NCBI RefSeq assembly: GCF_006345805.1
Contig: NC_042999.1
Span: 13,206,001-13,270,000, forward strand
DNA: 64,000 nucleotides
Reading direction: 5' to 3'
Origin: Octopus sinensis
Lineage: Eukaryota
Below, piece after piece: positions 11,640 to 23,029 of the stretch. A program made the position numbers and the translations under genes. The notes beneath the pieces were generated by a model that was not told where the DNA came from, ran no database searches, and saw only the letters and a list, made by a program, of their open reading frames with translations. How positions within the stretch are numbered: position 1 is the first letter of the stretch; every line of letters starts with the position of its first letter.

Positions 11640-12075
11640 TGATGATGATGATGATAAGTGTGCAAAAAACGACTCATGTACTGAGAAGAGCAATATCGCT
11701 GTGAAAACAACATTCATTTATTTATGTATTAATTTTTTAAATACATATTTTACCTGTTAATTTGCGTGTGTAATCTGGGAATGCATACAATGAGCTTCTC
11801 TGTACGCAAAACTCTCGGCGAGAAATAGAAGAAAATATGAAGAAAGAAGGAAAAAAAAATAATAGTGTGATAAGGTTAGCCCTTCGAAATACAGGTACAA
11901 CAGAAACAGGAAGAAAGAAAGTTGTGGTGAAAGAGTAGAGCAGGATTCGCCACCACCTCCAGCCGGGGCCTTGTGGAGCTTTAGGTGTTTTCGCTCAATA
12001 AACACTCACAATGCCCGATCTGGGAATCGAAACCGCGATCCCACTGCCCTAACCACTGAGCCATTGCGCCTCCAC
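11415..12075 (-). mobile_element. SINE family C (tail type 1) split by a 300-bp insertion at 11572-11872
   Basis: 3' part 11415-11572 and 5' part 11873-12075 join into the same sequence as the 7455 copy. Confidence 0.8.
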
Positions 12076-12109
12076 ACTTCAGCAATAATTAATTTACTTA
12101 AAAGAAGTA

Positions 12110-12325
12110 ATGGATCGACAGGATCGTCAGAGCGTCGTTCAAAATACTTTTCAGTAATTGTTCCGGCTCATTATATTCCGAGTTCGAATCGTGCCAGGAT
12201 CAGTTTTTGCCTTTCATCTCTCTGGGAGTCGATGCATGAAATATCAGAGTGGAACTGGAATCGATGGTACCACCTAACGACCCTCCTCTCAAAATTTCTG
12301 GCCTTGTGTCGGAAATAGAAATTAT
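12110..12325 (+). mobile_element. Old SINE family B copy
   Basis: TTTTGCCTTTCATCTCTCTGGGAGTCGAT core and AAATTTCTGGCCTTGTG tail. Confidence 0.55.
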
Positions 12326-12528
12326 TACTTACAATGACCAAGTAGTCGAGGTTAGACCTCAGTGTATCTTTGAACCGGTACCATACCAATAATTGTCGTC
12401 TCCTGATCTGCCTCTACAGAAGATTTGATTATAGCGATCAGCTACTTGTGCTGCACGTAAAGCCACCCCTTCCATAAAATCGATATTAGCTATACAGATG
12501 TAGAAGTGATCGTAGAGCAGCATCAGAT

Positions 12529-12930
12529 GTGGAGGCGCAATGGCCCAGTGGTTAGGGCATCGGACTCGCGGTCGGAGGATCTCGGTTTCGATTCCCAGAC
12601 TTGGCGTTGTGTGTGTTTATTGAGCGAAAACACCTAAAAAGCTCCACGAGGCTCCGGCAGGGTGTGGTGGCGACCCTTGTTGTACTCTTTCGCCCCAACT
12701 TCCTCTCACTCTTTCTTCCTGTTTCTTGTCCCCGACTTCCGACGCAACCGCTGAGCCTGGATGCGCATTCATCCATCCGTCGATACTCTCGGTGTCGGGG
12801 TTTGACCTGCTTTCTCTTCTGCGGGTTTTACGAAGAGCAAAGGACCACATTTCGGACTTCTCCCACTACAGAGGCGCGATCTTACGAGCTCTGGGACGAA
12901 GACCACTTCACTCAACAAACAAACAAGCAA
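12529..12930 (+). mobile_element. SINE family C, full head, tail type 2, (ACAA)n end
   Basis: GTGGAGGCGCAATGGCCCAGTGGTTAGGG head and B-box GTTTCGATTCCC; after CTTCCTGTTTCTTG it switches to a tail unrelated to the 7455 copy. Confidence 0.85.
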
Positions 12931-13195
12931 GTAGTATCAGATGACGTATTTTGCTCAAAAAGACAACATCCCGCTCGGTTCAGGAATTGAACCCACGATC
13001 GTCACATCATGAGTGCAGCACCCAAAACACTAGGCTGCACACCCTCACTATGTGCATATATATGCATATATATGCATATATGTCTGCATCAATAAACGAG
13101 TGAAAAGAAAATTGTTAAACAATCTCATTTTGCGGCATTTTCTTTTGCTAATGATGTGTTGGACTGGCCATGCCGAAGCAACGCTTTTTTCAATC

Positions 13196-13596
13196 TTTTT
13201 CTTTTACTTATTTCAGTCATTAGACTGCGTCCATGCTAGAGCACCACCTCGAAGAATTTTAGTCGAGTGAATCGACCCTAGTACTTATTTTATTTTAAGA
13301 CTGGTACTTATTCTATCGGGCGCTTGTGCCGAGCCGCTAAGTTACGGGGACGTAACCACACCAACATCGTTTTTCAAGCGATGGCTGGTGAGAAACACAG
13401 ACACACATGCACTCACACCCACACACACATATTTTTACGATGGGCTTCTATCAGTTTCCGTCTACCAAATCCACTCACAAAGCTTTGGTTGTCCCGAGTC
13501 TATAGAATACACTTGCCCAAGATGCCACGCAGTGGGACCGAACCCAGAACTATGTGGTTGGGAAGCAAGCTTCTTACCACACAGCTACTCCTGCGC
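13196..13596 (-). mobile_element. SINE family A
   Basis: Head, core and tail all recognisable. Confidence 0.85.
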
Positions 13597-13805
13597 GCAG
13601 AAACGTTAGCACGCTGGGCGAAATGCGTAGCTGTATTTCGTCTGCCGTTACGTTCTGAGTTCAAATTCCGCCGAGGTCGACTTTGCCTTTCATCCTTTCG
13701 GGGTCGATAAATTAAGTACTAGTTACGCACTGGGGTCGACGTAATCCGTTTGTCTGTCCTTATTTGTCCCCTCTGTGTGTAGCCCCTTGTGGGTAGTAAA
13801 GAAAT
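13597..13805 (+). mobile_element. SINE family B, tail variant i, abutting the head of the family A copy
   Basis: GCAGAAACGTTAGCACG...CCCTTGTGGGTAGTAAAGAAATA. Confidence 0.88.
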
Positions 13806-13839
13806 ATATATAACAATATATAACACTTGTTTTACAAAG

Positions 13840-14047
13840 TTATGAAGGTGATAGACTGAGTGGAAGACAATACTTGTGGCTATCTTCGGATATGGGTTTT
13901 CTCATTGGTGGAGGTTTATTATGGCTAACAGTGAAAACCGGATTTGCATTTTTCATTTTGGCTTTATACGGATGGGGCATAAACACGGGATTGGTCGGAC
14001 TTTTACAAAGAGCTATTTGTATTAGCATCCGTTTGCATTTAAGTTAA
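13840..14047 (+). CDS. Possible exon of a membrane protein (weak MFS-transporter-like pattern); unproven
   Basis: 68 stop-free codons YEGDRLSGRQYLWLSSDMGFLIGGGLLWLTVKTGFAFFILALYGWGINTGLVGLLQRAICISIRLHLS after a TTGTTTTACAAAG acceptor-like site; no good donor. Confidence 0.15.
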
Positions 14048-14231
14048 TCTTTAATAAGTTGTATTAATTTCATATTTCGCAGATGTGACTAGGCTATAAC
14101 GATGTTTGATGTGATTGTGCATTTTAAAACTTTATTTATTGTAGGTTACATCTGTAATTTACGTATCTTAATTTGAGCTGAACACACTATCCGTTAGAAG
14201 TAGATCCTTTCTCTGTCTGTCTCTCTCTCTC

Positions 14232-14307
<76 letters not shown>

Positions 14308-14539
14308 GAATATAATCAAAAAAGGGTAATAACATAGATTACTACCAGTGGCCCAGCACAAAAGACGAATTAGTCATTAGGATAAAATATTATTCATATA
14401 GAAATATAATTAAGGGCTCCCAAATAAGGATGTCAAGTGCTAGGGACACAAAAAGGGATAAATTCATCGAGAGTGAAAATCAAAAACATTTACCAATATA
14501 TATATATATATATATATATATAGTGCTTCTTTGTAAGAG

Positions 14540-14700
14540 GCTCAGGAGTGGGTGTGTGGTAAGAACCTTGCTAACCACACGGTTCCATGTTCAGTTCTTC
14601 TGCGTGTCACCTTGGGCAAGTGTCTTCTACTATATCCTCTGGCAGACCAAAACCTTGTGAGCGGATTTGGTAGACGGAAGCTGAAAGAAACCAGTTGTAT
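14540..14700 (+). mobile_element. SINE family A, 5' half
   Basis: CAGGAGTGGGTGTGTGGTAAG...GGTAGACGGAAGCTGAAAGAA. Confidence 0.8.
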
Positions 14701-15297
14701 ATACATATATATTTTATAATATATATGTATATCTTTTCATTTGTTTTGCTCGCTTACGTCCTGGCGTTTGCTAAATTTTCTTGAGAACATTCCTTTCTTA
14801 GTGGTGAGACCATAGGGGGTCGACCTCTAGCATATGGATGTCCACTTAGAGGTCATCCCTCTTATATGTATGTAATATATTTTTTCTGAATCTTCAGATT
14901 TTTCTATATGCTAGACCACTGGTTTTAAATTGATATTAATCAAATTAATATTCAATTTTTCACCCTTATTATTTTAAATTAAAATTTAAATAACTATGTT
15001 CTCTAACCGGCAAAATTCACAGCAGAGAATTATTTCCGGTATTTTGGCGCGCCAAAACGAAGACTTCATTTCACGTTGCTCCGATTCATTCAATTGTAGA
15101 TGAGTAACTCTGTGACAGACAAGCATCCCATGTAGGGGAAATGCTCTGGTCCCGAGGAACCGGAATTATGAATCCTACGACTCGAAGACAGAAATGGCCA
15201 AAAGACCTACTTCTACTCTTTTATATTATTCAAAAGATTTTTTCCTATTTTCCTGTTTTAGAAAATAGGTAAAATTTCCAAAATAGGAAGTTAAATA

Positions 15298-15510
15298 TCT
15301 TTTATCCTTTATTTGTTTCAGTAATTAGACTGGTCATGCTGAGGCACCGCTTGGAAGCATTTTAGTCGAGCGAATCGACCCTAGTACTGAAGTTTTAAAG
15401 CCTGGTACTATCGGTCGGTTTTGCAGAACCGATCAGTTACAGGAATATAAACACACAAACACAGGTTGTCAAGTGGTGGTGGTTGGGGTGGGGGCAAAGA
15501 CACACACTCA
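15298..15510 (-). mobile_element. SINE family A, 3' half (5' half at 16880-17057)
   Basis: Tail and body on minus strand, ending in the internal CA microsatellite. Confidence 0.75.
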
Positions 15511-16876
15511 AACGCAACATGGTTTCCGACCAGGAAGAAGCTGCCTAACTCAGCTCCTACAACACTATGACTGGGTGCTGAAACGACTGCTCAACCACTC
15601 AAATGTGGAAGTGATACATCTCGACTTTGCAAAGGCCTTTGATAAAGTCGGTCATTGAATGATATGTCACAAACTGCGTGATCTTGGCATAGTTGGAAAA
15701 TTGGGAGAATGGCTTCATGACTTTCTAAAGGATAGAAGCCAGGTGGTGGTAGCCAATGGGGCCACCTCCAATAACACGCAAATAGTGAGTGGTGTTCCGC
15801 AAGGCACTGCTTTGCGACCACTGCTGTTCATAATGGCCCTCTCAGACATGCCCTCAGCCACGCAGAGAGCCACGACCACAAGTTATGCAGATGATACAAA
15901 AGTTTCACGAGTAATACAAAACCCTGAAGACACTATGCACCTGCAATGTGAGCTGGACGAAATATACAAGTGGGCTGAAAATAATAGCATGCAGTTCAAT
16001 GCTGAAAAAATTTCAAGCTTTATGCTATCAGCATACAAAACTAAATATAATACCCAATAAATACACTGGACCTGGAGGGATTGCAATCCCAGAGGCATAA
16101 TCAGTGCGTGACCTGGGTATTTACATGAGTGATGATGCAACCTTTCATGTGCATGTTGCTAAATTGGCAATGAAATGTAGGCGGCTGACTGGATGGATTC
16201 TTAGAGCTTTTAGAACAAGAGATCAGGAAACTATGATGGTCTTCTGGAGGACACTTGTCCTAAGCCACTTTGACTATTGCTCTCAGCAATAGTTTTAAAT
16301 TAATCACAGAACTTGAGGCAAACCAACGAAGCTACACGAAGAAGATAGCCTCTGTGCGGCATATAAGCTATTGGGAAAGACTCAAGAGATTAAGACTCTA
16401 TTCCTTAGAGCGTAGGCGAGAAAGATATGCCATAATATACATCTGGAAGATCCTGGAAGTACTTGTCCCAAATTTTGGCATCGAGTGTTACACAAATACT
16501 AGAACTAGACGCCACTACATAGTGCCAAGGACTCCAAATTTGCCATCAAGATGTAGGACAAGATACTGCGATAACCTGGGCTTCAGAGGTCCACAGCTCT
16601 TCAATATCCTACCGAAGGACCCGAGAGACCTGCATGGGGTGGATGTAGATGTCTTTAAAATAAAACTGGACCTCCTCCTGTCAGGTGTCCCAAATGAAGT
16701 AACTTCACAGCAGGAGGTGCAGATGAGAGCAGCTGCATCAAACTCTCTCATGCACCAATTGTCAATTGCTAAAAAGCATTCGTGAAGTAAAATCATGTAG
16801 CAACACCGAATGGCGGTGCCCCAGCATGGCCATATTTCGTGAGCGGAAACTAGATGAAAATGAAAAATGAAAATGA
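15511..16876 (+). mobile_element. 5'-truncated CR1/L2-group (jockey-like RT) LINE, decayed
   Basis: QHGFRPGRSCLTQLL, LDFAKAFDKV, SGVPQGT, YADDTK, LRLYSLERRRERY, RGPQLFNILP; (TGAAAA)n tail. Confidence 0.9.
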
Positions 16877-16879
16877 TAG

Positions 16880-17057
16880 ACATGCATACATATATACATA
16901 TATAGACGACTGGCTTCATTCTGTTTCCGTATAACAAATCCACTCATAAAGCTTTGGTTGGCTCTAGGCTTTAAAGACAGTTGGGGAAGTTACCACGCAG
17001 TGCGACTGAACCCGGAACCATGTGGTTGGGAAGCAAGCTTCTTACCACCCAGCCACA
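16880..17057 (-). mobile_element. SINE family A, 5' half
   Basis: GTTTCCGT...AAATCCACTCA...GAACCCGGAACCATGTGGTTGGGAAGCAAGC. Confidence 0.78.
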
Positions 17058-17874
17058 TTTACAACGATCATTAATTTAAATGTTAATCTCTCTTCTTCTG
17101 GGACAAATCTTTCGACTATCCCTGTGAAATGAAATCGGTGTTGTGAAATTTAGCAATATGCCTACAACAAAGTTATTTTCAGCAATGTAAGTCATATAAA
17201 GCTTAATGCCAGATCCGAACTCATGTCTGGAGTCACGTAAGCAGTAATTCCTCTACAAACTATTGCATCATATATAGAATTAGTAACTATTTTACAAATA
17301 CTATGCTACCTAATTGTTGCTACTTCGATTGCCAAGCTACGAAGGAAAAGGAGGAGCGCAAATTAGCTGTTGTCGACCGCAAAAAAAAAATATTTTATTA
17401 CTTGCTGTAACGCAAACCAACGTTAAATATAAATTCTAAAGAAGTGTTGTTAGGACCGAGTGAGAATAAATAGAAACAAACTGCGAACAAAAATACATCA
17501 CAAATCCATTACTATTCTTACATTCTTTCGATTTCCTGTAATTCATATCTCCGAAAACAAATCACGCTTCAGTGAAATCTCGTGAAGTTTGTCTTGAAAA
17601 CATAGCATATGTAACTCGAATCCATCATTCACAACGTTTAGTTTGCAGGAAGTTAGCCATTATCTTACAGGACGAAAGCATCGCTAACTGCTGTCGTCTG
17701 GACGCCATCAAGAAGATATATTTTAAAATTGCATTCTTTAAGATTTTTACTGCCTCTACGAATTACGAGATCGAATTACGAGATCGATTTCATAAACAGA
17801 ACTAATAAAATTTTCAAGATGTAGCGCTTGTTTCGGAAGAAGTAGACCCAAATGTGAGATTTTTTAATATCTTT

Positions 17875-18345
17875 TTTATCTTTTGTCTTTTACTGGTTTC
17901 AGTAATTTGACTGCGGTCATGCTGGGGCACTACCTCGAAGAGTTTAGCTGAACAAATCGCCCCCAGGGTTTAATTTTTAAAGTATGGTACATATTCTATC
18001 AGTATAAGGCGGCGAGCTGGCAGAAACGTTAGTACGCCGGGCGAAATGCGTAGCCGTATTTGGTCTGCCGTTACGTTCTGAGTTCAAATTCCGCCGAGGT
18101 CGACTTTGCCTTTCGTCCTTTCGGGGATCGATAAATTAAGTACCAGTTACGCACTGTAATCGACTTAATCCGTTTGCCTGTCCTTGTTTGTCCTCTCTGT
18201 GTTTAGCCCCTTGTGGACAGTAAAGAAATAGGTACATATTCTATCAGTTTGTAACGCCGAACCGCTAAGTTATGTAGACGTAGCAAACAACGCCGGTTGT
18301 CAAGCTATCTAGGGATCAAGACAGTGAAACGCACGCACGCACACA
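17875..18345 (-). mobile_element. SINE family A 3' portion interrupted by a family B copy
   Basis: Body continues across the insertion. Confidence 0.75.
18004..18230 (+). mobile_element. SINE family B, full length, 18-bp target-site duplication
   Basis: GGTACATATTCTATCAGT at 17986-18003 and 18231-18248. Confidence 0.93.
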
Positions 18346-18612
18346 CAGACATTCACGCATATATATTAATATATATCGTTTCTGTTATGCAAAAGTGTCG
18401 TAAGTCCGAAACATCGCTTTTCCAGAAAACGAAACAATAATTTCACCATTCCTTAGCAAAACCGTTGTACTACGCTTTGACAATTTTTAATATCTTGGCA
18501 TCTGAGGCAGCTGAAGATACGATAGTTTGACCAAAAGAACCAACAATTAAATACTGAAAACAACATATTTGGCCAAATTTGGACATACGACAGTTTAACA
18601 TAATATCAACGA

Positions 18613-18650
<38 letters not shown>

Positions 18651-18653
<3 letters not shown>

Positions 18654-19097
18654 GTTGTTGTCGAATTACATCCTATCCGACTTACGACCGATCGACTTTA
18701 CGACGATTGGAGCGCCAGCTCCCGGCTGTAATAATACATAGTCCAACTGAAATCTAATGGGTTTAATTTCTGAGAAATTATCCCGCCTACGAATGATGTC
18801 AGCAAACAAACGCTTACCCTAGGTTTGGTTTTCGATCGCCACTGTGGTTATCCGAAGTGTTGGATGAATATCCTGTCGCGGAGACATCGAAACAGTTTCG
18901 TAGTTGTTTCTTAGACAACTGCTTGAGACTCCGAACAAATAACACTGTTGTAGTACAATACAAAATGCTGTGTGTGACTTTTACCTGAGAATGCACCTTA
19001 AGAATGTAAATATATAATGCAAAGCTATGTAGGCCTATAGGCCGAATTACGACCAGTCAGTCTGAACCAATAGTGATCATAAGTCGATGACGACCTG
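18651..19097. mobile_element. Tigger/pogo-like MITE
   Basis: TA|CAGGTTGTTGTCGAATTA ... TAAGTCGATGACGACCTG|TA terminal inverted repeats, in a TA tract. Confidence 0.65.
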
Positions 19098-19129
19098 TAT
19101 GTATATATATATATATATAATAAATATAT

Positions 19130-19319
19130 CGCCATGATTGACCGCTAGCTCCCAAAGTTTTTTTTATTCTCTTTCTGTTTACTTTCTCTTATTCCTTTCT
19201 GGTCAAGAGCATAGGCTCGAAACATAAAAGACTTTCTCACCTTTCCAAGCGTTAAACTAATACACCTGTTTGTTGTTTATATACCTGTCTTCGTCTTTTG
19301 TGCCTTTTTTGTAAATGTC

Positions 19320-19322
<3 letters not shown>
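19130..19322 (+). mobile_element. Penelope-like terminal-repeat fragment with degenerate hammerhead motif (19195-19230)
   Basis: cttt-CTGGTCA-A-GAGC-atag-GCTC-GAAA-CA-TA-aaag; homologous to 33175-33370 on the minus strand. Confidence 0.55.
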
Positions 19323-19370
<48 letters not shown>

Positions 19371-19377
19371 TATATGA

Positions 19378-19535
19378 GGGGCTTCCACACAGTTTCCGTC
19401 TTTGAACTACATTCTCAAGACTTTGTCGGCTCGGGACTATAAGCAGAAGTAACTTGTCCAAGGTACTGCGCAGAAGGACTGAACCCGAAACCACGTGATT
19501 GCGAAGCCAAATTCTTAACAACACACCCGTAGTTA
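19378..19535 (-). mobile_element. Old SINE family A 5' half
   Basis: CAGTTTCCGTC...GGACTGAACCCGAAACCACGTG. Confidence 0.6.
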
Positions 19536-19559
19536 CGCTCATGCACCTACGAGAAAAGG

Positions 19560-19770
19560 TGAATTGCAGTGTCTTTAAAGTGTCCAAACAATTTGGATGT
19601 TATTTTCTTCTTTGATAACTGTTGAAACATTTTCACCAAAGGCTTCGAAAAGATCTTGCAGCATGTAAAAATATTGACGTTTTTCTAAATCGTTGTTTTC
19701 CGCACGTAGAGCAAAAATAATTACATGTTTTTTCCGTTCTTGTACAAGCATTTCGTCTGCCATAGGGTAT
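19560..19770 (-). mobile_element. Tc1/mariner-like transposase N-terminal fragment
   Basis: ERKKHVIIFALRAENNDLE in ORF 19575-19931 resembles the HAIIVALRAE.SDLEIA start of Tc1-like transposases as I recall them. Confidence 0.45.
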
Positions 19771-20019
19771 CCGAAAGAAATAAAAACGTTTTGATTGGTT
19801 GTAAGTATACGCCATTGAAAAATCCTAAAAACACCGAATTGCGTCTCACTTTCTGATACGAGGAGGAATTTTCTTCTCTCTCTGTTATTTATTGTTCTTA
19901 ATCTCAGGACAAATGCTACAGTAACTGCCATAACTACAGTGCTTGTACTTTGAGTATACTATGTAGGTTACTTTAATTAAATGCTGTCTCGTTATATATA
20001 TATATATATATATATATAT

Positions 20020-20424
20020 AGGCGTAGGAGTGGCTGTGTGGTAAGTAGCTTGCTAACGAACCACATGATTCCGGGTTCAGTCCCACTGCGTGGCACCTTG
20101 GGTAAGTGTCTTCTACTATAGCCTCGGGCCGACCAAAGCCTTGTGAGTGGATTTGGTAGACGGAAACTGAAAGAAGCCCGTCGTATATATGTGTATATAT
20201 ATATGCGCGTGTGTGTTTGTGTCTGTGTTTGTCCCCCTAGCATTGCTTGACAACCGATGCTGGTGTGTTTATGTCCCCGTTACTTAGCAAAAGAGACCGA
20301 TAGAATAAGTACTGGGCTTACAAAAGAATAAGTCCCGGGGTCGAGATGCTCGATTAAAGGTGGTGCTCCAGCATGGCCGCAGTCAAATGACTGAAACAAG
20401 TAGAAGAGTAAAAGAGAGTAAAGA

Positions 20425-20425
<1 letters not shown>
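20020..20425 (+). mobile_element. SINE family A, full length
   Basis: Head GGCGTAGGAGTGGCTGTGTGG; tail GGTGGTGCTCCAGCATGGCC...(AAAAGAGT)n. Confidence 0.92.
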
Positions 20426-20517
<92 letters not shown>

Positions 20518-20520
20518 TAG

Positions 20521-20551
<31 letters not shown>

Positions 20552-20626
20552 GATAGATAGAGATATACATATACATATATAAAGATATAAATATACATAC
20601 ATACCTACATACATGCATACATTCAT

Positions 20627-21490
20627 ATTAGAAAGCTCCGTGTGGATAGTAACATCGACCATCAAAGCAGTTTATCGTGAACCAATAGCCGGATTACTAC
20701 CTCCCACTTTGAAGGGTAAACGTTTGTAATCCAGGAACAGGAAATATCAACCAAGTACCTGCTGCACAAAAGATGCAGGAAAAGCCGTAAAGTGTGACAA
20801 TCGATGCAGACTTTGTGGAGTTCACACTGAAGATATCACATTATACGTAGTTGTCCGAAAATGTCATCACGGTATAATCTCCCGATGAGACATGATGCTG
20901 TAGCTAGGTAATTCTATAATGAAATCCGTCTGAAGGATAATCCCAAAGACAAAGAAATAAGAACCCACAATATGGTAGAAGCCGTAACCACTCATAATAA
21001 AGAAGAATCCTGGTGGAATGTAACAGTGAAGACCTCAATAAAATGTAAGCACAACAGACCTGATACAATGATTTGGGATAGAGAAGAGAAACTGTGCACA
21101 GTTGTGGAAATTGGCTGTCCAGTGGATGTTAACATAAAGATGGAGATCAGTGTAAAAGAGAACACCTATGCTGAACTATTGAGAAATCTGCAATTACTCT
21201 ATCCAGATTACAAGTTCAGGTATATTCATGTAATTAATGGGGTCCTAAGATATGTAACACACTGCCAAAAAACCAATCTTGAGAAATTAGGCTTCACAAA
21301 ACCAGAAAGAAGAAAGCTAATCTGAAGACTGCAGATCCGATCCATCACTGGAACTGTAAAAATCTGTAAAACTTTCCAGAAGTTTATCATTTAAATATAT
21401 ATGAGCATGTGTAGATATGTAACTATATGCGTGGGAACACATACATAAAACATAGAAATCTGCATATACATACATACATACATACATACA

Positions 21491-21521
<31 letters not shown>

Positions 21522-21799
21522 CCAGTTGTTAATATTGAAATTCCAATGAAGGATCCATGGATCTAGGTTAGAAACCGGTTCTTTCTCTATTGGCAAGAAA
21601 TATTGAAATAAACTGAATAATGATATACACATACATACATACATACATACATACATACATACATACATACATAATACATACATACATACATACATATCCA
21701 GTTGTTAATATTGAAATTCCAATGAAGGATCCATGGATCTAGGTTAGAAACCGGTTCTTTCTCTATTGGCAAGAAATATTGAAATAAACTGAATAATGA
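20627..21799 (+). mobile_element. 5'-truncated RLE LINE of the (CATA)n-associated family, with duplicated 3' terminal module
   Basis: TSHFEG..IQEQEISTKYL, CRLCG.H.EDIT, RHD, WWNV.VKTSIKCKHNRPD, EIGCP.D..KE; (CATA)-like sequence at the 5' junction and (CATA)n after each 3' module. Confidence 0.88.
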
Positions 21800-23029
21800 T
21801 ATACACATACATACATACATACATACATACTACATACATACATACATACATACATACATACATACATACGTACATACATTTATACAAGGGCCGAATTTAT
21901 TTAGTCAACAATTTAATATACTATCTAAAAAGGATTCTCACCTTAAAAAGTAACATTTTAGCAGCAAAAGAAAAGGAAAAGAAAATTCTAAAGTTCTGAA
22001 AAATAGCCCTATCTAGTAACCCTGAATGGTTTCATTCATTGCCCTATGGCCATGCTGGAGCACCGTTTCTTTTGTTATAGGGAGGTCAATGACATTGATC
22101 TCACTACTTTATATTATTGACTGGCATTATGTCCAACAGACGACTGTTTCTGCCATACATTTATCCATCCGCCATTGTACTTCTCTTTTCGTTTTATTAT
22201 TTTATTTCCGATAAATATTTCCAGTATTAGCAGCTATTTTTTTTTTATTTAACATTACATTTCATGGAGAATGTTCCCATAAAAAAACAACAGCTATTTT
22301 CTGTTTATCAGTTGACGTCATTTCCGCTTTTGGATAATATTTCTCGAGAATATTACAGCATCAATCATTATTTTAAGAGAAGTTCCATAAAACCGGCTGC
22401 TGTCGTTTCGTTATTAATTTTATGCTCCTATTTCTGACTGAAACGAAAATGGCCATCAATAAATATTGCCAGAGACTTTAAAGAAATACTGTTTTGTATC
22501 ACGTTTTTCTATATTATCTAAGAACGGCCTTTACGGAAATAACCCAATACTTGAGCCGCTGTGAGAATCTTTCTGGGACGTTCAGCTGACATTAAAAAAA
22601 AGGAGGAAACTATACTATTGAAGGTCTTCTCACTGACCCTAATGTTTACTGAGAAGTTATGATGTTCATCCTTCATAGAAAATGCAGTTGTATAGGAACT
22701 GCTTACACAACTGCTCAACGACCGGTACATCGATAAGGAGCTCTGAGAGGCAAGGAAGGGCCCGTGAATATTTGCTGGGCGCCTCCTTTAAAAGGCAAAA
22801 TAAAAAAAAGACACGCACTTCGAGAGGGTATCGCCTTCTTGAGTCCAGAAAGCAGCCTTGAGACTCGTCTTGCCAAATTTCCCTCGGAATCTCAGCTCAT
22901 TATAGTAACTGTAGCGTAGCTAGGGGTGGATAAAGGAGACAGTTCCCATCAGACGGCGCTTTTTATGAGGGCGGTGATTTTGGGTCTGTTGTATCAGCCT
23001 GTATAGGCTTGGGAGTTCCGTGGGGATAG

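Noticed and set aside
21466-21878. Repeat-spacer-like layout suggesting a CRISPR array
   Set aside because: Repeats are 103-bp LINE termini, the spacers are microsatellite, there are no cas genes and the context is eukaryotic
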